Shown one piece after another: positions 20,768 through 28,688 of a DNA stretch of 64,000 nucleotides. The stretch is from NCBI GenBank assembly GCA_001897295.1, contig MKSN01000001.1:672141-736140 (forward strand), in the 5' to 3' direction. This stretch comes from Candidatus Saccharibacteria bacterium 49-20. GTDB taxonomy: Bacteria; Patescibacteriota; Saccharimonadia; Saccharimonadales; Saccharimonadaceae. The notes beneath the pieces were generated by a model that worked only from the letters and a program-made list of their open reading frames with translations, did no database searches and was not told the DNA's origin. Position 1 is the stretch's first letter. Each line of letters opens with the position of its first letter. Both the position numbers and the translations under genes were made by a program.

Positions 20768-21717
20768 CAGCGACGGATCGCCGAGAGCTTGGACCGACGC
20801 ACGAACGCCATGACGACGATCGTGATGAACAGCACGCCGACACCCATCAGGCTGTAGCCGAGGACCGAGGGGCCCTCGACGACGTCACCCGTGTGGGCGG
20901 CCGGCGGGGCCGGCTTGACGGGCGTCTGCACGACCGGCTGCTGAACGACGGGCGCCTGGACCTCGGGGGTCGTGGGCGTCTCGCCGGACGGCGGCGTGGT
21001 TCCACCGTCGCCACCACCGTCACCCGGGTTGGGGCACGGGATGGTGACGTCGTAGGAGTTGCCGACCGGGCTGTCCGGGATGAACACCCCGAACACGTAG
21101 GTACCGCACGGCGACCACGGGAACGAACCCGACTGAGTCAGCGAGCCACCCTCGGTGAACGTGAGCTCCTTCGCGACGTCCTGCGCCCCGTAGCCGATGA
21201 TCACGGTCTGCGGGAGCGGGACGTTCTCCGGGCCCAGGTTGACGACGTAGTCGACACCCGAACCGTCCGCAGACGGCGTGAGCGTGGCGCTGACCGTCGG
21301 GCTGACGACCGGCGGGGTCGCGTCGCAGGTCCCGTCGAAGGTGAACTCGTTGACGAACAGGGTCTCGGCCGTGGTGTTGAGCCAGTACGAGACGGTGAAC
21401 GTCGACGGGAACGTGTCGACGGGAACGGTGACCGAGCGCGTGAACGGCGAGATGACGCCGACGGCGTAGTTCTCGACGTTCAGGCTGGCACCGTTGACGC
21501 TGAAGCCGCCCTGCATCTCCGCGTCGATGCCCACGGTGGGGACCGAAACGGTGAAGGTGGCGACGTTGTCGGCACAGGTGCCCGAGTTGCTGACCTGGCC
21601 GATGGCCGCCCAGGAATCGGGCGGCGCGGCACTGGCCGCGGTAGCGGGCACGATGACGGACAGGGACACGGCGGCAGCAGCCGCCAGGGCCGCCATGAGG
21701 CGGTTGCGCTTGCGCAT
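20767..21717 (-). CDS. Secreted sortase-substrate-type surface protein, GC-rich
   Basis: Signal peptide (..TAASA), Pro/Gly linker, AHTG sorting motif, TM, RRSK..RR tail; TGATG overlap with sortase; GGAG SD. Confidence 0.8.
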   Translation of the reverse strand: MRKRNRLMAALAAAAAVSLSVIVPATAASAAPPDSWAAIGQVSNSGTCADNVATFTVSVPTVGIDAEMQGGFSVNGASLNVENYAVGVISPFTRSVTVPVDTFPSTFTVSYWLNTTAETLFVNEFTFDGTCDATPPVVSPTVSATLTPSADGSGVDYVVNLGPENVPLPQTVIIGYGAQDVAKELTFTEGGSLTQSGSFPWSPCGTYVFGVFIPDSPVGNSYDVTIPCPNPGDGGGDGGTTPPSGETPTTPEVQAPVVQQPVVQTPVKPAPPAAHTGDVVEGPSVLGYSLMGVGVLFITIVVMAFVRRSKLSAIRR

Positions 21718-21822
21718 GTTGTCTCCAAATGGTGATGTGGCACACCGGAGTATCCGGTGGGCTATGTGATGGCACCCTCCCTATTCTGTAAGGGGTGGTG
21801 TGTTTCCATGACACTAGTGGGG

Positions 21823-21851
21823 ATTATACCATAAAAAGCTAAAAAAGTAAA
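21823..21851 (-). promoter_or_regulatory. Sigma70-type promoter of sortase cassette
   Basis: TTTACT-17 nt-TATAAT with extended TG. Confidence 0.65.
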
Positions 21852-21878
21852 TACTCTCGGCTTTTCATACCGCTTCGC

Positions 21879-22604
21879 TTAGAGCGATTTCAACAGGTAG
21901 AAGCGCTCGCGATTACCCTTCGAGCCGGCCACTTCACTATCGCGCTTGTCCTGAATAATAAATAAGTCTTTCGCCCAAAACTCAAAATCCTTCAAAATCT
22001 GACGGCGCACACCATCATTTTTAATAATTCCTTTATTTGTCTGGTGCTTGCCCGCTTCAAACTGCGGCTTTACCATCGCAACGATTTGCGTATCTTTCGT
22101 CACAAGCGCGACTGCCAAATGAGGCAAGATATCGCGAAGGCTAATAAATGACACGTCGATCACGACAATATTTGGACGATCCGCCGCAGCTAACGTAAAG
22201 TCGCGAATATCGGTCTTTTCATGGAGTTCAATCCGGGGATCATCCTGAAGACTTGGGTGGAGTTGGTCGGTTCCCACATCAACCGCGTATACCTTTTTCG
22301 CGCCGTGTTGCAACGAGTAATCAGTAAATCCACCCGTGCTACTTCCGACATCAAGCACCACCTTATCTTTAAAATTAAGGTTGAGAAGCTTCGCAACACT
22401 CGCAAGCTTCAACCCCGCCCTACTGACATACTGCTCATCGGCAAGTAACTTAAGCTCGGAATCTTCGCGCACAAAGTGACCCGATTTCGTCACCACTTTG
22501 CCATCAACCGTTACTTTCCCAAGCTTAATCCAGCTCTCCGCCTGAGAGCGTGTTGGGGCAAGTCCACGAGCGGTCAGCTCGGCGTCTAAACGGTTTTTAG
22601 TCAT
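21879..22604 (-). CDS. tlyA: TlyA-family rRNA methyltransferase
   Basis: S4 domain, YVSRAGLKL, LDVGSSTGGFTD, DVSFISL, KPQFE, GNRE. Confidence 0.95.
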   Translation of the reverse strand: MTKNRLDAELTARGLAPTRSQAESWIKLGKVTVDGKVVTKSGHFVREDSELKLLADEQYVSRAGLKLASVAKLLNLNFKDKVVLDVGSSTGGFTDYSLQHGAKKVYAVDVGTDQLHPSLQDDPRIELHEKTDIRDFTLAAADRPNIVVIDVSFISLRDILPHLAVALVTKDTQIVAMVKPQFEAGKHQTNKGIIKNDGVRRQILKDFEFWAKDLFIIQDKRDSEVAGSKGNRERFYLLKSL

Positions 22605-22609
22605 AAATT

Positions 22610-23143
22610 CTATTGATTCCTTTCGGAGTGTTTAATAATGCGCGCGTCGGTGGCCATTGCAGCCCCCTTAAGCCCAATCTTGGCAACAATTTGCCAGGTT
22701 GCACGACCCTCTCGCTTCTCGGCGATTGAAAAGCCACCTATCTCAATGGTATCACCCTTCTGGGCACGAGGATCATCCTTGTCGATTGAGATGTGAGGAT
22801 TGTACGGCATGCGGTACTGGGCATTATGGGGTAAGTACTGAAATACCGCCAGAATCTTTCGGTGCACCGCCATAAGTTGAGGTGTGTGCTCAAGATGGCG
22901 TACGGGTACGTCGCGCTTGGGACCAAATTTGTCATCCTCTCCAATAGTGGCCATAAACGGCTCCATTGGGTTGATATAACGGCGAAGCTGCTCGGCGTGC
23001 GCAGGCCTCAGGGTTGTCTCGACTGGCGGAAAATACGTCATGTGGAGCGGCCACTCCCCACTTGGGAACTCTTCGCCCAGCTGCACCGGCTCAACAAAAA
23101 ACGCCGGGAGGATTTTTCCACCCCGCGCTTCCTGTTCAGACAT
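22610..23143 (-). CDS. 2H phosphoesterase / 2'-5' RNA ligase-like protein
   Basis: Two HxT/S motifs (LHMT, PHIS). Confidence 0.7.
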   Translation of the reverse strand: MSEQEARGGKILPAFFVEPVQLGEEFPSGEWPLHMTYFPPVETTLRPAHAEQLRRYINPMEPFMATIGEDDKFGPKRDVPVRHLEHTPQLMAVHRKILAVFQYLPHNAQYRMPYNPHISIDKDDPRAQKGDTIEIGGFSIAEKREGRATWQIVAKIGLKGAAMATDARIIKHSERNQ

Positions 23144-23148
23144 GCTGG

Positions 23149-23715
23149 TTACTTCTTTCGTTCTCGGTATGAACCGTTTTCGGTGTCGACGGAAAGAATG
23201 TCGCCTACCTTAATGAACGCAGGAACCTTGATGACAAGGCCTGTTTCAAGTGTGGCGTCCTTAAGGACACTACTTGTAGTATCGCCCTTTACGACGTCTT
23301 CGGTGTAGGTTACTTCAAGGTAAAGGTTCTTTGGAAGCTCTACGTTGATAACAGTACCCTCGAAGAATTGAAGTGAAAGGCTGTCACCTTCTTTAAGGTA
23401 TGGAGCTGCATCGGCACAGACATCAGCAGGAAGCTGGAACTGCTCGAAGCTCTCTGGATCCATAAAGTAAAAGTTGTCAGTGTCTTTGTAGAGATACTGG
23501 ACCGTTTGGTACGTTACTTCTGCTGAATCGATCTTGTCTTGACCCTTGTAGGTCTTTGGGATCACAGAACCATCAATCAGGTTCTTTAGGCGGATGTTCA
23601 CGATGCTTCCGCCGCGGCCCATCACCTTTTGGTTGTAGTCGATAACCTTAAAAGGCTTGCCGTCCACTTGAACGACAACGCCTTTCTTTAGGTCAGTTGG
23701 TTGCAACTGCGCCAT
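23149..23715 (-). CDS. efp: Elongation factor P
   Basis: DLKKG, YLY.D, FMD.ESFEQ, KGDT, ATLETG..I.VP.FI..GD. Confidence 0.96.
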   Translation of the reverse strand: MAQLQPTDLKKGVVVQVDGKPFKVIDYNQKVMGRGGSIVNIRLKNLIDGSVIPKTYKGQDKIDSAEVTYQTVQYLYKDTDNFYFMDPESFEQFQLPADVCADAAPYLKEGDSLSLQFFEGTVINVELPKNLYLEVTYTEDVVKGDTTSSVLKDATLETGLVIKVPAFIKVGDILSVDTENGSYRERKK

Positions 23716-23721
23716 GGTCGA

Positions 23722-23922
23722 TTACCCTTGTGCTACGAATGGTAGTAGTGCAAGGTGACGAGCACGCTTAATCGCTACTGCGAGTTGGCGTTGTTGCTTC
23801 GCGCTAAGGCCAGTCTTACCGATTGGTTCGATTTGACCGTAGATGTTTACGTAACGCTGCAGAGTCTTGACGTCTTTGTAGTCAAAGTATGCAGGTGTGT
23901 CTTTCTTCATACGTTTTGCCAT
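23722..23922 (-). CDS. rpsR: 30S ribosomal protein S18 (Cys-free form)
   Basis: [32 protein letters not shown]. Confidence 0.97.
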   Translation of the reverse strand: MAKRMKKDTPAYFDYKDVKTLQRYVNIYGQIEPIGKTGLSAKQQRQLAVAIKRARHLALLPFVAQG

Positions 23923-23947
23923 TGTTATTCTCCTGTCTTTCTAGGGT

Positions 23948-24391
23948 CTAGAAAGGAATTTCACTTAAATCAATTGGTTTGTCGTCGATGTCTTCAATCA
24001 CGACATCTTTCGAGTTGTTACGAGATTGAGTGCTTGAGCTTGGTGCGGCCGCGTTTCCACCATCGCTGCCGTTAGGGCCGTCAAGGAAGGTTACGTCGTT
24101 CGCTACCACTTCAACGCGGCTGCGCTTCTTACCAGTTTCTTTGTCATCCCAGCTATCCTGGCGAAGGCGGCCTTGTACGAGTACGCGGCGTCCCTTTGCA
24201 AGGTACTGCATCACGAGCTCACCAGTCTTTTCCCACGCGGTTACGTCGAAAAAGTCTGCTTGGTCGTCTTGGCCAGCGCGGTCGACGGCAATGCTAAAGC
24301 TAGCAATGGTCTTACCGGTGGTTGTTGTACGCTGTTCTGGGTCGCGTGTAAGGCGTCCCATAAGGATTACCTGGTTAATGCTTCGTGCCAT
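23948..24391 (-). CDS. ssb: Single-stranded DNA-binding protein
   Basis: NQVILMGRLTRDPE OB fold, acidic tail ending EIPF. Confidence 0.97.
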   Translation of the reverse strand: MARSINQVILMGRLTRDPEQRTTTTGKTIASFSIAVDRAGQDDQADFFDVTAWEKTGELVMQYLAKGRRVLVQGRLRQDSWDDKETGKKRSRVEVVANDVTFLDGPNGSDGGNAAAPSSSTQSRNNSKDVVIEDIDDKPIDLSEIPF

Positions 24392-24424
24392 GTTGTATAC
24401 TCCCCTCTACTCTCGTTTAAAGCC

Positions 24425-24784
24425 TTAGGCTTCTTCTTTAGTGTCGTCTGAAGACTTTTCAGCCGCCTTCTTTGCTTGCTCTGCAAGTGCAGCGCGTCCC
24501 TTAGGGTCTACCTTTACCAAGAGGTAACGGAGGACTTCGTCGGTGATATTAAACGTGTTGCTAATCTTGAGTGGTGCGTCTGCTGGAAGTTCAACATCGA
24601 TGTACACATACACTGCAAATTCTTCACGCTTAATTGCGTACTGGAGCTTCTTTTTACCCCAGTTGTCCTCGCGGACAATTTTTCCGCCTGCTGAGGTTAC
24701 GATGTCGCGTACCTTCGCAAGTGGAGTTTCCAAATCTGCTTCGAGATCTGGGTGGATAAGAACGGTAAGTTCGTATTCCTTCAC
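24425..24784 (-). CDS. rpsF: 30S ribosomal protein S6 (GTG start)
   Basis: YELTVLIHPDL, WGKKKLQYAIK, VLRYL; rpsF-ssb-rpsR synteny. Confidence 0.96.
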   Translation of the reverse strand: MKEYELTVLIHPDLEADLETPLAKVRDIVTSAGGKIVREDNWGKKKLQYAIKREEFAVYVYIDVELPADAPLKISNTFNITDEVLRYLLVKVDPKGRAALAEQAKKAAEKSSDDTKEEA

Positions 24785-24948
24785 TAGTGTCTCCTTTTGG
24801 AATCCTGCTTTATAACCCTAGTGGGGCTAGTAGCAGATGCTTACCCTTTTTCCATTTGTCATCTCGCATATGAGAAATGACGGTAAGCTTGAGTTATTAA
24901 CGGTGTTATTATACCCCAACTCACCCCTGTTTGCAAGTGATGACCCCT

Positions 24949-25515
24949 TTAGTATGGCAGACGATCCTGAGATTGTTTTAAAATCCCTACGACAGTTTTG
25001 TAAAGCAACTCCAGTTCTTCTTTTGTAATCTTCGATTCGCTCGCCAATTCCTCAATCAATGCGGAGCCGTCAATGATATTCTCGCCGATACTGTCGTACT
25101 CTCGCACCCCATATACCCTTCGTACATCCTTCTGCACCAGAATACCCCGCTGCTCATCAGTCCTAAACTGGAAAAGGTATTCCCGCTCGAGTTCACCAGA
25201 CTTCATATATAATGCGGTCGTCAAATTTTGGTTTGGGCTACTCTGGTCATTTCCATCAAGAGAATATGGGCCCCAGGCGCTAATAGTAACGCTCTCTGGC
25301 GGATCGAGTGCACGTGCAATATATTCGTTAACAATGGGGTCATCAGGTGCTACATCAAAAGTAACACCCAGCCCACAATACTCGTCGTTTACATTATTTT
25401 CGCGATACGTCCTTCGCACTCCGCTGAGCAAAAGCTTGTCGACTTCTTGCATAAATAGGTACATCTGCACGTCGAGCTCAGGAAACTGTTCTTGGTTATT
25501 TTCTTTTTCGTTCAT
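24949..25515 (-). CDS. Hypothetical acidic protein, lower GC
   Basis: Open frame from MNEKENN after GGAG SD; no recognised motif. Confidence 0.65.
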   Translation of the reverse strand: MNEKENNQEQFPELDVQMYLFMQEVDKLLLSGVRRTYRENNVNDEYCGLGVTFDVAPDDPIVNEYIARALDPPESVTISAWGPYSLDGNDQSSPNQNLTTALYMKSGELEREYLFQFRTDEQRGILVQKDVRRVYGVREYDSIGENIIDGSALIEELASESKITKEELELLYKTVVGILKQSQDRLPY

Positions 25516-25526
25516 TTCTTTTCTCC

Positions 25527-25552
25527 AAAAAAAACGACCTCTTTCGAGGCCG
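25527..25552 (-). terminator. Intrinsic terminator in 5' leader (putative attenuator)
   Basis: CGGCCTC GAAA GAGGTCG then T8, directly before the SD of 24949..25515. Confidence 0.8.
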
Positions 25553-25581
25553 ATATAAAGTAATATATTTATGCACAATAG

Positions 25582-25641
25582 CTACACAGGCCTCACATGT
25601 GATGCACAAACGTGATGTAGTGTGTTGTTGATAAATATCAT
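25582..25641 (-). CDS. Putative 19-aa leader peptide MIFINNTLHHVCASHVRPV
   Basis: Lies between promoter and leader terminator; contains GAGGCC complementary to the terminator 5' arm. Confidence 0.5.
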   Translation of the reverse strand: MIFINNTLHHVCASHVRPV

Positions 25642-25650
25642 CGTATTTAT

Positions 25651-25679
25651 AGTATAAAAGAATTTAGTCTAAGCGTCAA
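25651..25679 (-). promoter_or_regulatory. Sigma70-type promoter
   Basis: TTGACG-17 nt-TATACT. Confidence 0.75.
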
Positions 25680-25689
25680 CTAGGAATGC

Positions 25690-27957
25690 TTACCCCAGCT
25701 CTTCGTCATCAGCGTTTCCGCCACCCGTACCAAACACCTCATCAAGGCTCGATACAAGCACGTCACGAGGCCGTGCGCCATCCGCAGGGCCGATAATCCC
25801 CTGCTCTTCCATCTCTTCAATAAGGCGCGCTGCGCGGGCGTAGCCAACACGGAGGCGACGCTGCAGCAGGCTTGCAGATGCCTTGCCGCTATCAACTACT
25901 ACGCGAACCGCGTCCATAAACATATCGTCGTGGCCATCACTGTTAGAATCAAAGTCCATCACTACACCACCCTTGCCATTAAGCTGGACTGGCTGGCTGA
26001 CAACTTCGTCGTTGTACTGTGGAGGTGATTGCAAGCGAAGGTGGTCGGTAATCTTCATAACTTCTTCGTCGGTTACCCAGGCACCCTGAATACGCTTCGG
26101 CTTTGGCATTGCAGCCGTAAGCATCAGCATGTCACCCTGGCCAAGGAGCTTCTCGGCACCAATTTGGTCAAGAATAGTTCGTGAGTCAACCTGCGAAGCC
26201 ACAGTAAAGGCAATACGGGCTGGGACGTTGGCCTTAATAAGACCAGTAATAACGTCGACAGATGGGCGTTGGGTCGCAAGTACCAAGTGAATACCGACAG
26301 CACGAGCCTTCTGCGCAAGGCGCACAATCAGCGCTTCTACGTCGCGGGCTGCAACCATCATCAGGTCGGCGAGCTCGTCGATCACAATCACAATGTACGG
26401 CATCGAACCGTCTTCATGCTGTTGCTCGTGGCCCTCTTCATCTTGAACAACAATTTTGGTCTTTCCGCTTTGGACCATACCGTTATACGTTTTAATGTCG
26501 CGCACCTTGTGTTCAGCCAAAAGCTTGTAACGGCGCTCCATCTCGTTTACCGCCCACTTCAGCGCGCTAATCGTCTTTTCAGGTTCGTTAATTACAGGCG
26601 TAATAAGGTGCGGAATATCCTCGTAAGGCGCCATTTCCACCTGCTTAGGGTCAACCAGAATCAGTTTCATTTCTGAAGGGCTGTTGCGGTATAGAAGGCT
26701 TGAGAGCAGCGTGTTAATCATGACCGACTTACCAGAGCCAGTCTGACCGGCGATAAGAAGGTGTGGCATCTTGTTGAGTTCACCCACTACGGCGTCACCA
26801 GCAATGTCTTTACCAATCGCAAAGCCAAGTGGCTCACCACTACCATTCCACTGCTTGCTCGTAAGAATCGAGTGAATACGTACATCGGCAGCTTTACGGT
26901 TCGGCACTTCAATACCAACCGCCTTTTGGCCAGGAATTGGCGCTTCCATGCGAAGGCTTTGCGCCGCGAGGTTAAGGGCGATGTTGGTTTCAAGCGCGGT
27001 AATTTTAGTCAGCTTTACGCCGCTTGGTGGACGAAGGGTGTACTGAGTCACCTTAGGGCCAATGTTGGCGCCTTCCATTTCAACCGAAATATTAAATTCA
27101 GCCAAAGTATCCTTAATCGTTTGTGCATTTGCCTGTACGTCACCGGCGTCAGCTGGAGACTGCTTCTTTTCAAGCAAATCGAGGCCTGGCGCTTTCCAGT
27201 TAGGGTCGCTGACGGCAACAAGTGCAGCTTGGTCTTCGGCGGCCTTATCTTTTTGAACACTATTCTTCAGTGAGCCGAGGTGTGGGCTCTTTTTCTTATC
27301 TTCCGCTGGGTCGAGGGTTGAGACACCCGCGTTCACTGTAAAGTCAGCCATTGCACCCTTCTTTGCAGGCGCATCAAGCGCTGCAGCATTACGCATCACC
27401 CTCACGTTCTCTTCTTGCTCGCTATTGTCGCGGCGCGAAAGACCCCAGAGCTTCTTAATGACCGTAATTGGTGAGGTGCGCGTAATAAAGAGTGCGGTCA
27501 AAAGAATCAGTACGATATAAATAAATACTGCCACACCCGCGTCAACAAGTTGGAGCATACCGCTGTTTACGGTGTCACCAATGAAGCCGCCGGTGGTTTT
27601 GCCTTCAGCTTTCAAAAGGCCGAACAGACCCGCCACCCATACAAGTTCGATAGCGGTTGCGAATTTCATAATGAACGGAATGCGGTTGTCTTCGGCGCGG
27701 AAGATTTCTACAGCAACGTAAATGAACACCACAGGCACGACGTACACGCCGTACCCAATTGTCGCCATAGTAGCCATATTGAGCCAATCAAGGACATCCC
27801 CACCGAGGCCAAACCAACCCAAAATAATAAGCAGCGAGAAGACAACAAGAAGGACAGCCCCTACCTGAGCCCAGAACCCATCCGGCAACACATGTTGCGG
27901 TGCGCTGCTTACCGGTGCTTTTTTGCGACTTGCGCTCTTTCGCTTCTTCTTTGCCAT
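25690..27957 (-). CDS. ftsK: DNA translocase FtsK/SpoIIIE
   Basis: 4-TM N-terminus, PHLLIAGQTGSGKS, IDELADLM, ATQRPSVDV, gamma domain SASLLQRRLRVGY. Confidence 0.97.
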   Translation of the reverse strand: MAKKKRKSASRKKAPVSSAPQHVLPDGFWAQVGAVLLVVFSLLIILGWFGLGGDVLDWLNMATMATIGYGVYVVPVVFIYVAVEIFRAEDNRIPFIMKFATAIELVWVAGLFGLLKAEGKTTGGFIGDTVNSGMLQLVDAGVAVFIYIVLILLTALFITRTSPITVIKKLWGLSRRDNSEQEENVRVMRNAAALDAPAKKGAMADFTVNAGVSTLDPAEDKKKSPHLGSLKNSVQKDKAAEDQAALVAVSDPNWKAPGLDLLEKKQSPADAGDVQANAQTIKDTLAEFNISVEMEGANIGPKVTQYTLRPPSGVKLTKITALETNIALNLAAQSLRMEAPIPGQKAVGIEVPNRKAADVRIHSILTSKQWNGSGEPLGFAIGKDIAGDAVVGELNKMPHLLIAGQTGSGKSVMINTLLSSLLYRNSPSEMKLILVDPKQVEMAPYEDIPHLITPVINEPEKTISALKWAVNEMERRYKLLAEHKVRDIKTYNGMVQSGKTKIVVQDEEGHEQQHEDGSMPYIVIVIDELADLMMVAARDVEALIVRLAQKARAVGIHLVLATQRPSVDVITGLIKANVPARIAFTVASQVDSRTILDQIGAEKLLGQGDMLMLTAAMPKPKRIQGAWVTDEEVMKITDHLRLQSPPQYNDEVVSQPVQLNGKGGVVMDFDSNSDGHDDMFMDAVRVVVDSGKASASLLQRRLRVGYARAARLIEEMEEQGIIGPADGARPRDVLVSSLDEVFGTGGGNADDEELG

Positions 27958-28128
27958 AATCTTTTTATATTATACGGGGTGAACCGCTTTTGGTAATAGA
28001 TATATTATAGCAAAATTTACCACATTTTGCAAGAGGCTTATGGTTTGGCATGAAGGGTTGGCTTTGCCCACGAGAAATGGTTTACTGGAAAAGGACAATC
28101 CGTCCGGAAACGAAAGAAAGGAAGTGCC

Positions 28129-28599
28129 ATGCGCACTACCCCGCATACGATCCCGGACTGTGACGTTCAGTTCGTGATAGGGCCTCGTGTCAATATCCTA
28201 CGTATGAACAACAACGTGCTTCGCACCGTCTGTGACGGCGAGTACGAGGGCTGGTCTCCCCGACTGGTCCGACTGGCGTTCAAGCGTGAGATCTTCGACG
28301 CAAGAGGTATCGGGCTATGGAGCAAGATCTTCGAAGGTATCGAAGGAATTCCCATTCGCCTGAGCGACGAACTGCAGGCATCGTACAATGCCCTGCTGGA
28401 TTCACATGCGCGCGTCACACTGACGCGGGTCAACTTCGATCGGAGAAATCTGTTCAAGCGCCCGCCCCTCTGGTCACGCATCAAGCTCACGCTCGTCCAG
28501 CCCACTACTCGTCGCCTCCGCTTCGAGCAGCCGGCTGCGACTGGACCTATCTCCATCTACAACGCGTCCATCGGTCGAATCGACCCGATTGCCGCCTGA
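28129..28599 (+). CDS. Hypothetical protein, GC-rich orphan
   Basis: 156 aa, AAGGA SD, G/C-ending codons, followed by a strong hairpin. Confidence 0.6.
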   Translation: MRTTPHTIPDCDVQFVIGPRVNILRMNNNVLRTVCDGEYEGWSPRLVRLAFKREIFDARGIGLWSKIFEGIEGIPIRLSDELQASYNALLDSHARVTLTRVNFDRRNLFKRPPLWSRIKLTLVQPTTRRLRFEQPAATGPISIYNASIGRIDPIAA

Positions 28600-28631
28600 G
28601 CCCCGCCTGTACATGCGTCGCAGCCCCCCCC

Positions 28632-28675
28632 AAACGAATAGGGACTCCGCATGTCGCGGGGCCCCTATTCGTTTT
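28632..28675. terminator. Probable bidirectional terminator
   Basis: aaacgaataggg...cccctattcgtttt long stem between convergent genes. Confidence 0.75.
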
Positions 28676-28688
28676 AAGCCAAAGTAAT

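Noticed and set aside
20027..21814. Long alternative ORFs (20027..20857 +, 20479..21735 +, 21020..21814 -)
   Set aside because: Shadow frames expected in GC-rich DNA; the sortase and substrate frames have the motifs, SD and coupling
27999..28033. Shared gatatattata 11-mer upstream of both GC-rich orphans as a common operator
   Set aside because: At 28 kb it overlaps a leftward TTGCAA-17-TATAAT promoter facing ftsK; a low-complexity AT match is likely chance
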